Assembly (NCBI RefSeq): GCF_036971445.1
Contig: NC_091471.1
Location: 131,440,001 to 131,504,000, forward strand
DNA length: 64,000 nucleotides
Direction of reading: 5' to 3'
From: Narcine bancroftii
Lineage: Eukaryota
The position numbers and the translations under genes were made by a program. This document shows, one piece after another, positions 22,391-35,960 of the stretch (positions within the stretch are counted from its first letter, which is position 1; every line of letters starts with the position of its first letter). The notes under the pieces were generated by a model. It did no database searches. It was not told the origin of the DNA and worked only from the letters and a program-made list of their open reading frames with translations.

Positions 22391-24429
22391 GTAATCAAAC
22401 CACTTGAGCAGAAGAGGACAAGTGTAGGTAGGACCAGAAAAGCACCAGAACTGCAGATGCTGAAATCTTGAGAAGACGACCTGAAATGACTCAGCAAGTC
22501 GGGCAACATCTATGGAGAGAAATAAACAGTCAATGTTTTATCAAGACAAGTATAGGTCTAATTGGAAAGCTCTTTCAAAGAGCTACACTGACAATTGAAT
22601 ATTCTTCTGCTATGTTGTGACATTCTATGTTAGTAATATTCATCTTTACAACCTTGTATAAAATATTTCAATCCTGTTTAAACATATTATTGAAGATGAT
22701 AAGCAAATGTTTAATGCTAAAAGGTGAAATCAGGTTTTCCCATTATGTTTTTGGATCTACAGAGCAATGTTTTAGCATGTTTGTGATCGAAACCATGTTT
22801 ATTAGCTGCAATTATCTCCTTCCTGGAAGTGGCTGTTCACAGGTGTTATTTTAGTGGCAACAATCTTATTTAATTATCACATTGTTCCCTGCTTTTTTTT
22901 TGTTTTGCAAATATACTGTGCTCAAATATGAGGCAGATCTAACTCGATAAATGATCAATAAAAATAAAAAAGATCTTCTGATGCTGGATGTGTAAAATAA
23001 AATGGGAATAAGCTGGCAACAACCAGGCTTTGTCTTCAACATATTTTGTGATTCTTTTTAGCTTTCTAGCTTTGAAATTGGAGCATGGAAAATAAATGTA
23101 CTGATTTTATAATGTATCATGTGAGGATTCTTAAAATTAAGAAGCAGATTTTGTGAACTCAAAAGATTTTAATATTGTTCAAAAAATATTGTTTAACACC
23201 GTTCAAAAAAAAATGAACTGGGATTGTTGGTCAATTAGGTGTAATTGATTGGCATGGACTTGTAGACCGAAAAGACCTGTTATTGTGCTGTATTTCAAAA
23301 TTAAAAATTAAATTTAAATTGTTTCATATTTATTGAAGTTATTACATTATGCTTAGGCAGTACATTTACTCTTGATGGTTGTCAGGAGTTTAATTAGAAG
23401 TACTGGCCAATTAATTTGCAAGCAAATTTTCAGTTGTTTTGTTTGGATGAGAAAGAACCAGTTTTGATTTGTTCTGGGTTGTTTAGTTTAACCTTGTGTC
23501 TAATCAACAGAATGAATAGCATGGTCAGGGTCATTGAATTAGACTACTGTCGATAATTAGTCATCACTACTTTTACTGCTGGGTTTTGAGGATTTGTGTT
23601 TTTGAAAAGAGAATGCAGAGACGGTTTATTTAATTCTAAGGAAAACATTAAAACTTGAATATTACTGGTCTTGGTTCCTAAACAAATTTCGTGTAGTTTC
23701 TTCATCATGGTAAGTATGAAACCACTGATCTGTTTGAAGTTAATTAATTAACAATTCCTGATGTTAAGATTTTCTTATTCTAAATTCAGGTTTAATTTTC
23801 TTGTGTTCATCTTGAATTTGCTTCTTCTGATTTGCATTTCATCGACCACAAGGATGTTTAGAATGAATTGTACTTGTCTCTATCTCGCCTTTCTGCAGTG
23901 AACTGTCAGCTCTCTGACGCTCGCTGCACACCTCGTCTCTGACGTTCATCTCTGTGTGTCGAAATACAGAAGTCAGCGACGAGCTAGAGGTTGAGGTAGC
24001 TCATCTGACCTTCTGCTCCACTATTGGACTTATCATTGATTCCAGAGGCAGAACACAGGTGCCAGGGTTGCTGACCCTGAGTTTATTTATTTTACTTTTG
24101 TCGCTTTATTTCCGGTGCCCCATTATATTTTTTTAAGTAACTGAAAATATTTAACTCTACTTGAATGATTTTCAAAAATTCTGCCCATCAGAAACTGAGA
24201 AGTTGATACATTTTCCCTATGACTGTTCTGGGATTTCTCACACATCACAGAGACCTGTAGGTTGGCATGTTAATGGCTTGTTATAAATTGACCCCCATGT
24301 ACAGATGAGTGGAGGAACCTGCAGGTTTGAAGGAAAGGTGGGGAGAGTAAAATGGGATTATTATGGGATTGAGTGAGTACAATTAAAGTGAGCTTGAATG
24401 GGAACATTTACAAAGTCCTTCTGCGGACA

Positions 24430-24575
24430 CAAGAGACAACAGTTGTTGGAATCTGGATAGTAATCACCTCCTGGAGGAACTCAGTCCTTGATGAAGGGTT
24501 CTGACCTGAAATATCGACCATCTCCTACTGATGCTGGATATGCTGAGTTGTTCCAGCGATTGTTTTTGCTCCAAA
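24430..24575. mobile_element. Penelope-like inverted pLTR fragment
   Basis: CTGGAGGAACTCAG...TTGATGAAGGGTTCTGACCTGAAA...CTGAGTTGTTCCAG. Confidence 0.6.
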
Positions 24576-24989
24576 GTCCTCCTGTGTTCATTTGTAAATT
24601 TTGTTCAAAATTGGTGTTTCTCTTATGAATCCACTATTTCCTCTGCAATGTCAGGGTTTGATTGTTTTAAGATGCAGGGTTTACCAAACTCTTCCATTTA
24701 ATAGTTTTTTCTTCCAAATAATGATGGTCTAAATCTGCCATAGCCAAACTGAATGAATGGACAGGCAAAACAAAAGCAAAAAAAAAATACCTCTGCAGTT
24801 TTCAATGTAGTAGGTTCATGTTGATATCTTCATTTATTTCATACAAAATCTGTTGAAAATCCAAGACTAAAGGAAATGTAAGTGTTTGAAGATTTTAAAG
24901 AACCAATTCCTGGCAATATTCCCAGGCTGTCTGAAGTATTTTTGACAGCATTTTGGTTTTATTTTTAAACTCATCTCTCTCCCATTTAG

Positions 24990-25098
24990 GAATGGTGGGT
25001 TATGGCATGGCAAAAGCAGCTGTGCATCAGCTGTGTCAGAGTCTAGCTGGAGAGAACAGTGGATTGCCATCTGGATCGTCAGCTCTTGCAATTCTGCC
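24990..25098 (+). CDS. QDPR: QDPR exon 5 ((G)[35 protein letters not shown]+2 nt)
   Basis: TTTAG acceptor, CC|GTAAGT donor, 109 nt. Contains the SDR catalytic YxxxK motif (YGMAK). Confidence 0.96.
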
Positions 25099-25707
25099 GT
25101 AAGTATCAGGTCTACACTGGACGTAATAGCATTCCAAGGGAGGAAATCACTGTTATCTCTCATTTGGCATTAATGACAGTAGGAGCATGTGCATTGTGGG
25201 CTACCAGTATTTATTAAGTTTGTATAAAACATTCGGAGCCAAATATTTCAATCCTGTTTAAATGTTCTTTTTCTATGTGCAAATTGTGTTATTCTGCATT
25301 TCTTTGAGATGGTTATATTTCTTCAATTATGATTCGTTTCCAATCATATCACTTCTCTGGATTTTGGGCATTCCTGTATTCTGTCTGCTAATTAGCCTCT
25401 ATCATCTCCTGCTGACCCTCTGGGGCAAAGAACAGAATAAATTTCTTTCGGGTGATAATCTGTTGTCCCCATATTCACTCTTTATATCATTTTGGTCATA
25501 GAATTTTCTAGTCCTCGGCAAAACCTTACTGCATCCTTTGCTGCACAGTCTTGCTCATGACTCACACAATGTCTGTTATGTTGTCTGTTAGAGGTTCAGA
25601 TTTAATATTCTCAATCTTATCGAGATAATCAGTCTTGAGGAACGCTTTGCCACTCTGAACAAAGATGTTATGTAGATGTAATTTCCTTTATTTATAGTGG
25701 CAGTGGA

Positions 25708-25876
25708 CAAAGACAAAGGAGGAAAAACCCAACACCCAACCCCAACCCACCAATTTTCCCCTGCAACCGTGTCTGCCTGTCCCGCTTCGGACTGGTCAGC
25801 CACCAACGAGCCTGCAGCTGACGTGGACTTTTACCCCCTCCATAAATCTTCGTCCGCGAAGCCAAGCCAAAGAAGA
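25708..25876 (+). mobile_element. 169-bp RTE LINE 3'-end insertion with 12-bp TSD
   Basis: Matches 50172-50350 of the longer RTE and has a (GAA) tail. TSD AGTGGCAGTGGA at 25696-25707 and 25877-25888. Confidence 0.9.
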
Positions 25877-28542
25877 AGTGGCAGTGGAATCTATCCTTCA
25901 CACTTTTCTATCTTGGGAGACTGCAGTCATCAGGTTGAGGGGATTCATCCAGCATCTTTCTCCTTTGTATTTTCCACTCTTTCTGCGTCATTTTTAGTTT
26001 TTGAGGATCTGGACCTGCCCTCCAGAATTTCCTCTCTAATCCTCTCTACCTCCTCGTCTCTTGCCATATTTTAGGGCCCTCCTTAAAGACCACAATTCGG
26101 TCAAGGCATCTGTTCAACTCATTGTCCACTTTTGATTCATTACATGTCTCTGTAAAACACTTCAAACTGTTTTTATTTGAAGCAGATGGTTGTTCAACAT
26201 TTGAGAGTGTTGATGTGTTTGTGGCATTTTCTGATGATTAATAATTGCTTTGTGTTGGTTGCAAGTATGCATTGTTTGTTGCATAATGAAAATGAATTCA
26301 CTGAGTTATTGCAGGATGATAATAAAAGCTACTTTTAAAGAGTGAATTAATAAAAACAAAATATATTGGAAATATTCAATCGGTGAGGGAACATTTGTGG
26401 AGGGGGGAAACAGTTAATGATTGAGGTCAGTGACTTTATTAGAACTGTTCTGATGAAAGGATATGAGCCTTAAAATGGCTGAGTATTTCTGGCATTTTGT
26501 TTTTTATTTCATTTTCCTCTTTTCTCCTTTTGCACAAAGCAATTCTTCAAGTGAACATTTTGCATCACTTTCCTGCCTATTTTTGAAATATTTTAAAATT
26601 TTATCCTGTCGTAATCTCTTTTGTTTTCAATTTCAACACAAAAGGTTTCAGAGGTCTTGTATATCTTGTATTTAGTAATGATGAGATTGAAGAAGAACCA
26701 GGCACCACAGAAGAAACGACACAAATTTTAAAAGTGCACATTGATCTTTAAATGGATTATCTGCTTAAATCTCTTTCCAAGATTAGGTAATCCCATGAAT
26801 TTTCCTGTGATTTTTCAAATAAGCCACACTTGATTTTAACATCTTTGTCTTGGGGTACAATGTTACAAATTGCAACTCATTTACAGGAATAGTCTGTATT
26901 ATGTAAATGAAGCAATACTGCTTTTAAAATTGCAGTCTTAGTTTAACTGGGAACAGAAAAGTTGATGTGTGTGACAGTTGTTGTTTCATTTATTTGGAGG
27001 TTTGATCTCCCATATTTTGGAGTTATTTTTGTACTGTTTTGATTTTCTTAAACAGCATTGTCAAGGAAAGATAAATGAATTCCTTCTTTTTTAATTTTTA
27101 AATTGGCAACACATCTGAGTCAGTTAGAACATTGTTGAGAACCTGGTGACCATTACTGGCATTTCTTTGGTCATGGTGAGTTCAAGAGACTTTCTTTACC
27201 TTCACTGGATCTTTCATACCTCAGGATCTCATTGCTCCTTGTCCACTACCTGCAGGCACAGGGTCAGCTTTCTCAATTCTGCTGATTGATACCAAGCCCT
27301 GAGTATTCTGTTTCTCTCAGCATCTCAGTGCAGTAAGATTGCTCGTTTGATATCATTTCCAGGATGAATCACAAGCTCAATCAGCTTTCGTGAAAATGAT
27401 TAGCGGCATCTTTTCTTTTTTGTCTTTGCAACAAATCAGATCAGATCACGTATTTCCGTGATCCTTCTAAAGCTTCTGATGTCGTATACAATCCCTCAGT
27501 ACTGTTGTCCTTTCCTCGGCCTTTCTGTGGGACAACTTTGTGGAATGAATTTCTCACTTCTGGGCTCACCTCCTCCAAAGTCCATGCGTCATCCCCCATT
27601 CACCATGAAATGGGTTAAAACTCATATGTGCACTGACGAGAGAAAGGGTTACCTTTCTTCACCTTAGTATTGATTGACCTCTTCTGTTACGTCAGTTTCC
27701 AACCTGAGCAAATGATCTCTTCAGTGTTCTTCAACCATTATCTTTCATGTGCCCTCCTACTTCTCCAGCCTTGGTGCATCCTTTTTTATAATATTTTCAC
27801 TTCACTGATATGGCAGGCAGAGTGTCTTCAGCTTCTTTGGTCTTACTCTGTGAGCATTGCTCCTTTAATATTTCACAATATTTATCATTTAATATATTAA
27901 AAATCCACTCTGGCCTCGTCTCTCAGGCGCTTTGCAGATTTACTTTGGTTTTCATTCAATTATCACAATGAAACAGCTCGATCAAAGTGGTTGTTGAGTA
28001 AATGTTATACCTTCTTGAGATTAACATGATGATTCTCTCTATAATATGCCTCCACATGTTTTTCAAGAGAGGTGCATAGACACTTGATAAGAAAGGGCTT
28101 AAATGGTTACCAGAGGTGGACAAAAATGCTGACCTGAGGTACAAAAATGAATAGGATCTGCACGTTCTTATTGAAAGGCAACAAGGGCTTCAGAAGCTGA
28201 GTGGCCTCCTGCTGCTCCTAGTTTATATATTTATACCTATGTCTTGTCAGGAAAACTGCACATAATCTGCTTTTACCTCTCTTTCTTGGTGGTGCAAATA
28301 GAGCAGGCAAAAGCAAAAGAGTATATTGCGCATCAAATTCAGACTAAAACATCATTGAAGGGAAAACAGAATTAATTAATTTTTTGAATTAAGTAAGCTA
28401 AAAGAAGATGGAAATGTGAACTTCCTTTTAAATTGCCAATTTCTGGGCAATCTGGTGCTATCAGCCCATCGCCATGGTAACACGCAGGCATGAAATACAC
28501 ATGACACAAGGAGGTTTCAGTTCAATTTAATTTATCTTCCAG

Positions 28543-28626
28543 AGTTACCTTGGATACACCGATGAATAGGAAATCAATGCCTGCTGCAGATTTCAGCTCC
28601 TGGACACCATTAGAATTTGTTGCCGA
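28543..28626 (+). CDS. QDPR: QDPR exon 6 ((P)[27 protein letters not shown]+2 nt)
   Basis: TTCCAG acceptor, GA|GTGAGT donor, 84 nt, with the LDTPMNR signature. Confidence 0.96.
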
Positions 28627-29490
28627 GTGAGTATCCAGCTGGGTCGATTGTCTGTAATGATTTCACATCAGTGTGCAACTGTTTTTTCCCTTTGTGTCTG
28701 TTCAGACTCTGGTTGAGAGGTCCATTAGTCTGGATTAGCAAGGGGAAAATATGCTGCACGTAATTATCAAGGGGGATAGCTGAACTTTCTAAAGAACAAT
28801 TCCACATTTGGCGATTCCTTGCCAGATAACTCGCAGAAATTAACACCTTTTATGTCGATGACAGCTGGTGGGAAGATCAAATGACATTGTGCTTTGTTGC
28901 TTAAACTGAGATCTTTTTATTAAACTTGGTAAAAGTCAATGTCTTCTGTCCACGATATAATTTTCCAGTAACTACAGTTGGACATTTTATTAGCACTAGG
29001 AATAGAAATGAACATTTGGATTCTGTAGCTTATTTTGATAATCTTTCCTCAATATGAAAAAGTAATCTCTTCCTTCCAAATTCTATAATTTATTAGAGCA
29101 TTGTACATGCAATGCACTTCCCTTGTCAATGCTCAAAGGATGTTTATTACTACAGTATCAGAAGGCAGGTCTGATACTGGCTGACTCTCATATAGGCTTC
29201 ATTATGAGGTTGCGTTTACAAAAGCTGATGATGTTTTCAGCCTTTCTTATGCAATGACAAAACCCCAACTTCCCATTTCATTTGAAATCAATAAACTTCC
29301 CACATAAGAGCACAAGGTGAGAAATGAATTCTGGGATCTCCTGGTCTACGTTGCTCAAGTTTTATTTGAGTTAGCAAGAGATTCAAGCTGCTAATTCATA
29401 GTGCTCTGTGAAATGCATTCTGTAAATACAAGCTATCTTGTTGATTCAGCATGCCACCCTACACACCAGGTCCCAATCTAATCCATGTTT

Positions 29491-32410
29491 ACATAGAAAC
29501 ATAGAAGATAGGAGCAGGAGTAGATCATTCGGCCCTTCAAGCCTGCTCCGCCATTCAATGAGATCATGGCTGATCTTAAAGTTCAGTACCCCGTCCCCGC
29601 ATTCTCTCCGTAACCCCTAATTCCCTTATACTGAAGAAATATATCTAATTCCCTCTTAAATATATTCAATGAACCTGCCTCTACTGCTCTCTGTGGCAAT
29701 AAATTCCACAGATTCACCATCCTCTGGGTAAAGAAATTCCTCCTCATCTCGGTCCTAAATGGTTTGCCTATTATCCTTGAACCATGGCCCCGGGTTCTGG
29801 ACTCCCCCACCATTGGAAACATCCCTTCCGCATCCATTCTGTCCAGTCCTGCCAGAATTTTATTTGTCTCTATGAGATCCCCTCTCAATCTTCTAAACTC
29901 CAGCGAGTACAATCCCAAATTGCACAATCTTTCCTCATAAGTCATTCCTGCCATTCCAGGTATCAGCCTGGTGAATCGCCTTTGCACTCCTTCCATTGCA
30001 AGAACATCCTTCCTTAGATAAGGCGACCAAAACTGCACACAATACTCCAGGTGTGGTCTCACCAAGGGTCTGTACAGCTGCAGTAAGGTATCCTTATTCC
30101 TATACTCAAACCCTCTTGATATGAAGGCCAACATACCATTTGCCTTTTTAACCGCCTGCTGTACCTGCATGTTTGCCTTCAGTGACTGGTGTACAAGTGC
30201 CCTTAGGTCTCTCTGCATTTCCCCATCTCCCAATCTATTGCCATTCAAATAGTAATCTGCCCTCCGGTTTGTATTACCAAAGTGGATAACCTCACATTTA
30301 TTGACATTGTAGTGCATTTGCCATGTACCTGCCCAGGCCCCCAATTTATCCAAATCACACTGGAGCTTCCTGACCCCCTCTTCAGTGAACACAACCCCTC
30401 CTAGCTTAGTGTCATCTGCAAATTTGGAGATATTACATCCAATCCCCTCATCCAAATCATTAATGTAAATTGTGAACAGCTGGGGTCCCAGTACAGATCC
30501 CTGTGGCACCCCACTGGTCACCGCCTGCCACTCAGAAAATGAGCCACCTATCCCAACTCTCTGTCTTCTATCTGCCAACCAGTTCTCAATCCACATCAAT
30601 ACCTTGCCCCCCATCCCATGAGCCTTGATTTTGCATGCCAGTCATTTTTGTGGGACCTTATCGAAGGTTTTTGGAAATCCAGGTACACCACATCCACTGG
30701 CTCTCCCCCATCTATTTTACCTGTCACCATCTCAAAGAATTCCAATAGATTTGTCAAGCACGATTTACCTTTTGTAAATCCATGTTGACTCTGTCCGATC
30801 CCTTCTCTGCTAGTCATATGCTCTGCTATTACATCCTTAATAATGGATTCCATAATTTTGCCCACTACTGATGTAAGGCTCACCAGCCTATAATTCCCCG
30901 CTTTTTCTCTACCCCCCCTTTTTCAATAGTGGGGTAACATTAGCTACCCTCCAATCCATGGGTACTGATCCTGAGTCCATCGAGTTCTGGAAAATAATTC
31001 TTAAAGCATCTGCTCTCTGAATGTCCACTTTCTTAAGTACCCTAGGATGTAGATTATCAGGCCCTTGGGATTTATCGGCCTTCAATTTCCCCAAGACCAT
31101 GTCCTTAGAGATACCGATTTCTTTCAGCTCCTCCCTTGCATTAGTCTCTGTTTCCCAACATCCTTGGGAGGTTATTTGTATCCTCTCTTGTAAAAACAGA
31201 ACTAAAGTAAGAATTTAATTGGTCTGCCATTTCCTTATTCCCCATTATATATTCCCCTGATTCCGACTGCAAAGGACCTACTCTGGATTTCACCAATCTT
31301 TTCCTCTTGAATTTGCAGTCGGTTTTTATATTTGCCGCAAGGTAACTTTGGTAATTTATTTTTGCCCTCCTGATTAATCCCTTTGTCCTCCTTTGCTGTT
31401 CCCAGTCTTCGGATTTGATACTTTATTTGGCCAATTGATATGCTCTCTCTTTGGACCTAATGGTGTCTCTAATTTCCCTTGTTATCCACGGTTGAGTCAC
31501 CTTTATTGGTTTATTTTTATGTCAAACCGGTAAAACGATTTCTGCAATTATTCCATTAGATCTTTGAATGCTTTCCATTGTCTATCCACTGTCAACCCCC
31601 CCGCCCCCTCCCCCCCCATAAACACCACCCAATCAATCTTACTCAAGTCCCTTCTCATACCATCATAATTCCCTTTATTTAAATTCAGGACCTTAGTCTC
31701 GGTTTTAATTTCTTCATTCTCCATGTCGAGTGAGAATTCAATCATATTGTGATCGCTCCTACCCAAAGGGCCTCGTACAACAAGATTGTTGATTAGCCCC
31801 TTATCATTGCATAATACCCAGTCTAAAATGGCCTGCTCCCGAGTTGGTTCCTCGACATATTGGTCTAGATAACCGTCCCGTAAACATTCAAGGAATTCCA
31901 TCTCCTCAGTATTTTTACTAATTTGACTAGTCCAATCTATATGTAAATTAAAGTCTCCCATGATGACAGCTGTTCCCTTATTGCATGCTTCTCTAATTTC
32001 TCTTTTTATGCTTTCCCTCACCTCTACATTACTATTTGGAGGCCTATATACCACCCCCACTAACATTTTCCGCCCCTTGCTATTCCTCAGTTCTACCCAT
32101 ATAGATTCCGCATCTTCCGAGTTAATATCCTTCCTGTCAATCGTGTCGGTCCCTTCTCTCACCATCAATGCTACCCCACCCCCTTTTCTTTCATCCCTCC
32201 TAAATATTGCATACCCCGGGATGTTAAGTTCCCAGGCTTGCCTACCTTGCAGCCATGATTCTGTAATCCCAATCAAATCGTATTTGTTTGTCTCAATTTC
32301 CACAGCCAATTCATCTACCTTGATCCGAATGCTTCTTGCATTAAGATATAAAGCCTTCAGATTTGCTTTTTTCACCCTCCTTGCTCTTTCTGATTTTTTA
32401 CTTTTGCCTC
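29491..32410 (-). mobile_element. CR1 LINE, nearly whole ORF2 (APE endonuclease and RT) broken by frameshifts and deletions, in QDPR intron 6
   Basis: ORF pieces 31548-32447 (LNARS, ITESWL, GDFN, SDHN), 30909-31100, 30596-30883 and 29583-30614 ([12 protein letters not shown]). The tail is (TTTCTATG)n at about 29491-29506. Confidence 0.95.
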
Positions 32411-33199
32411 TAAAGGGAGGAGCACATTCTCTCATGCATAAGAACAAATCTTAGTCTTGGCATGTTATGCCCTGGGATAACTATTTGTGTCCACTTCTTT
32501 TATAAGGAGTATCAGTCTGATCGGATGTTTGGCATTGACTCATATTCGCAAGTCAGCTGGTTCAGTACAGTCCATCATTGTACCTATAATAGCCCACCTG
32601 CAGTGAAAGCAACAGTGCCCACAGAAACATGTATAAATATTGCACCATAATCATGTGTCCTCATGCACCAAACTACAGCAATCCTGCAAACTGAAGGTGA
32701 GCTCTGGATAAAAAGTGCAGAAGTATTGTGAACTTCTGATTCAACACCAATATAAGAGGTGTTAATTCTGTTGCATTTTAAGATTTTCTTTCACTCCTTC
32801 TACATTTATTATCTTTTTTTCTGGCTTGTCATATTTTAATTTAAATGATTTTTGTTGGTGTATTTTACATAGCGGCGTGGCAGCAACAAGTAAGAATCTT
32901 GGTGCGTCTGTACATTGCACATGAATATAGCAATCAATCCTCATATTATGGGGATTCCTTCAGGCCTTTTGCCATAATTTTGGCAAGAACTCTATTTTCA
33001 TAAAAAAGACAAAAAATCCTTGAGGAAATTTAGCGCAGGATGCTGATGTCACAGTTTTTTATTTTACTCAACAAAGTAAAGTTTACATTCAATAGTCCAA
33101 ATAGATTTCTCATCTATCCTTAAATGAAGTCCTAAAGAGTGTGCATGGCATTCAGTACTAGTTATGTTTTGTGTTGCTTGTCTGGCCATGTACTCTATT

Positions 33200-34050
33200 C
33201 CCTTTCTGGTTCCGGATGATGACAACGTGGCACGACTGCAGCGGCCTCTCCAGTCCATGATGCTATTGAAACAATTTAAGTGGAGTGCCATGCTCAGTTT
33301 TTAAAGGATGAAGATTGGACGGTAGTGCTGAGGAGACGGGAAGCTGAGAAGAACCGAGAAGTAAGGAGAAGATGTGGAAGAAGCGGCGCAGCCTGTTATG
33401 CTGTGGTCAGGCCGATGCTGTGGGGATGAGACTTCCGGACGTCGGGTGTTGCTCGTGGCCGAGGAGGAGGCGCCACAGCGGGTCTGCGGAGCTACGTCTG
33501 TGGAGCTATGGCGGGGGTTCTGGAGCGTGTGGTGTATGCCTGGCTGGCTGTTCTGAGGCGGAGTTGTCTGGGATCCTGGAGTGGCTGTGACATATGCCTG
33601 GCCTGTGGGTTCGGGAGGCTGTGCAATCTTGGAGAGCGGGGCCCTGCGGCGGATGGTGGGGTCGGAGAGGAGAGTGTGGGGAGTCTCTCCCATGATGCTG
33701 CCAAAGTTGACGGACATGTATGGACTTGTGAACTGTATGGCATTTCTTCTTTTCAAGCCACTGGACTTTTTAAAATCTAAGTCTCTGAAATGTGATTGAG
33801 CATGTTGTTTAATTTTTCATCTTTTACTGTATTGTTAGATCTTTTTTTAGATTCATTATGTAGTTTTGTGTCGGTGTGTTTTAGTCTTGTGTAGTTTTTA
33901 ATCTTGTTTTTTTCTGGAGCAGAAATGGCGTCTTGTGTTGTGTGATGTGTAATAGTGGTTATGTAGGTAGCATTGTGGTTTCTGGAGGATATAATTTTGT
34001 TTTTTACTGTGTACTGGTTTGAAATGACAATAAAGGCTACTACTACTTAC
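33200..34050 (+). mobile_element. Unclassified GC-rich non-autonomous retroelement-like sequence
   Basis: CpG-rich body, T-rich 3' part, ending TGACAATAAAGG(CTA)n. No credible protein-coding ORF. Confidence 0.5.
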
Positions 34051-34937
34051 TTTGGAACATTATGAACTAGCACAGTAGAGCTCCACAAGTGTTTGCACTC
34101 CTTCAAAGAGGAATCTTGTGCAAACATGAAAATCATGTTTACAAAGCAAATTATCAAAGGTTCCTTTTATTATCACATAGGAATATATTAAAAATGTATC
34201 AGGCAAACAAAGAGTTGCCATGACCATTGCCTGGCACCCCTGACAACAGGAGACAGAAAAGCAAAAAGAGAGTCCTTTCAGAGACACTAAAGTTTCTAGA
34301 GCCGCACAGATTCCAGTTAAAAACATCAGCAACCTGAGCTTCAGTTCCATACCTCCGATGTGATCAGGAAGTCTTCAATGCCTGAGAGCATTCAGGAGCC
34401 CTTCTTGCCCTCAGCACCCTCTTGAACCTTGGTTACAGTACCTGGTTCCCATGAGCTAGTGTCCAGCGGCCTCTGTGAGCCCTTTGACTGCCAGTTGGCA
34501 ACAGCCCGCAACCTTTGTGGGTCCTTCAGCTGCTGACCCCCTCAGTGATCTGCTGCCTTGGTCACTGTACCATCCTATAGGGTCATTCCTATGCTTCTAC
34601 TCATTGTAGAAGGGGTGGAGTTCTCTTCATTTCTGGTGCCCTGTGCAGGTCAGCTGCTCCCCTGGAATCTGCAACCCCCTGGAGTCTGCAACTCCTCATG
34701 GTAGGCTGCCCAGCACAGGTGCACCCATCTTGGGCATGAAGGATTTTAAATAAAACACCATTGCCTCCTTAAACAGGCCATTTAAAGTCTTTATGGAGCT
34801 ATGGGTATTGATGCACTAAAAGTTGCTGAAACTGAAGGCTTTTATTTGCAAGAGATGGACAGCATCCCTGTGTTGGTTGCTCGCATGGACCTGGACTCGA
34901 ACTGGGGGGCAGACTTGTGGCATGACAGCCTTTAGGG

Positions 34938-35960
34938 CAGGGTTTCAAACTCAAATTCACAGAGGGCCAAAATTAAAAACTTGGACTAAGTCGAGGGCCG
35001 AACTAAATATTTATTGAAAATTTTCAACACCATCTGCATGTTTTCTCTTCTTTCAACATATGTAATGTTAAACATTTTCTTATTAAAATAAATGTTTAAT
35101 AATAGTTTTGGATAAACTCTTTCCAGAAGCATTAACAAATGAGAAATAAAATATTCAATAAATAATATTTCTCTATAGAGGATTTGTCAAATGTTGCTAG
35201 TGTGCTGTCGAATAGTAAAATCTGAGGGCTATTGAGAATGTGGGAGAATAACATGATTCCTGAAACAATCAAATAGGTGACTGATTGTGGGCATGAACTC
35301 TAGCAGGGTTATTTGCCATGCCCTTTTTCCATTGGTACAGATATCCTTTGATTTACACACTTTTCAAGTTTTATGCCTAATGAGCTTGTATCCAGGTGCA
35401 GGACCATTTTTAACCAGGAATATATTTATCACTGTGACATGAAACTATTGGAAGATCGTTTTATCCTGAGATTAAAGTTCATAATCCTTACTCAGGCCTG
35501 TGTGCGGGAGGGCGGGGTTTGCGGGCGATCGGGTTGGACAACGACAGTGCGGGGGCATCGGCTCTCGTTGCAGGGCGGCATCTCGGCGGATCAGCGGCCC
35601 CGTCACCGTGAGTCGCGGATCGGCCTGCGGCAGGGAGGGGGAGTGGGCAACGGTCCTGGCGAGGTCAGGCCCGAGGCCTCCGGTTCCGGGCACTGGGAAG
35701 CGGCCTTGGCTTCCCCTGACACCGGCCAGGCCCCAAAACCAGAGTCCACGGTGAGACCCTGCAACGTAAACAGAGGAGATGGGGGCGATTAGCTGGCTGA
35801 CGCCAATGCATTCTGGGATTTGTTGTATTATTGTGCATGCGCTATACTGGCGCGGCGGCCAGCGGGCCACCTCTAATACATTTTTGAAATGATCTTGCGG
35901 GCCAAATATAATTATATCGTGGGCCAAATTTGGCCCGCGGGCCAGAGTTTGACATGTGTG
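34938..35960. mobile_element. Non-autonomous hAT (Charlie-like) DNA transposon, 1023 bp
   Basis: Perfect 8-bp TSD CTTTAGGG at 34930-34937 and 35961-35968. Imperfect TIRs CAGGGTTTCAAACTC and GAGTTTGACATGTGTG, with repeated GGGCC(G/A) subterminal motifs. Confidence 0.9.

Noticed and set aside
33301-35927. GC-rich overlapping ORFs (e.g. 151 aa and 139 aa) as novel genes
   Set aside because: They lie in repeat-like sequence, show no domain motifs or exon structure, and long ORFs arise easily in GC-rich DNA.
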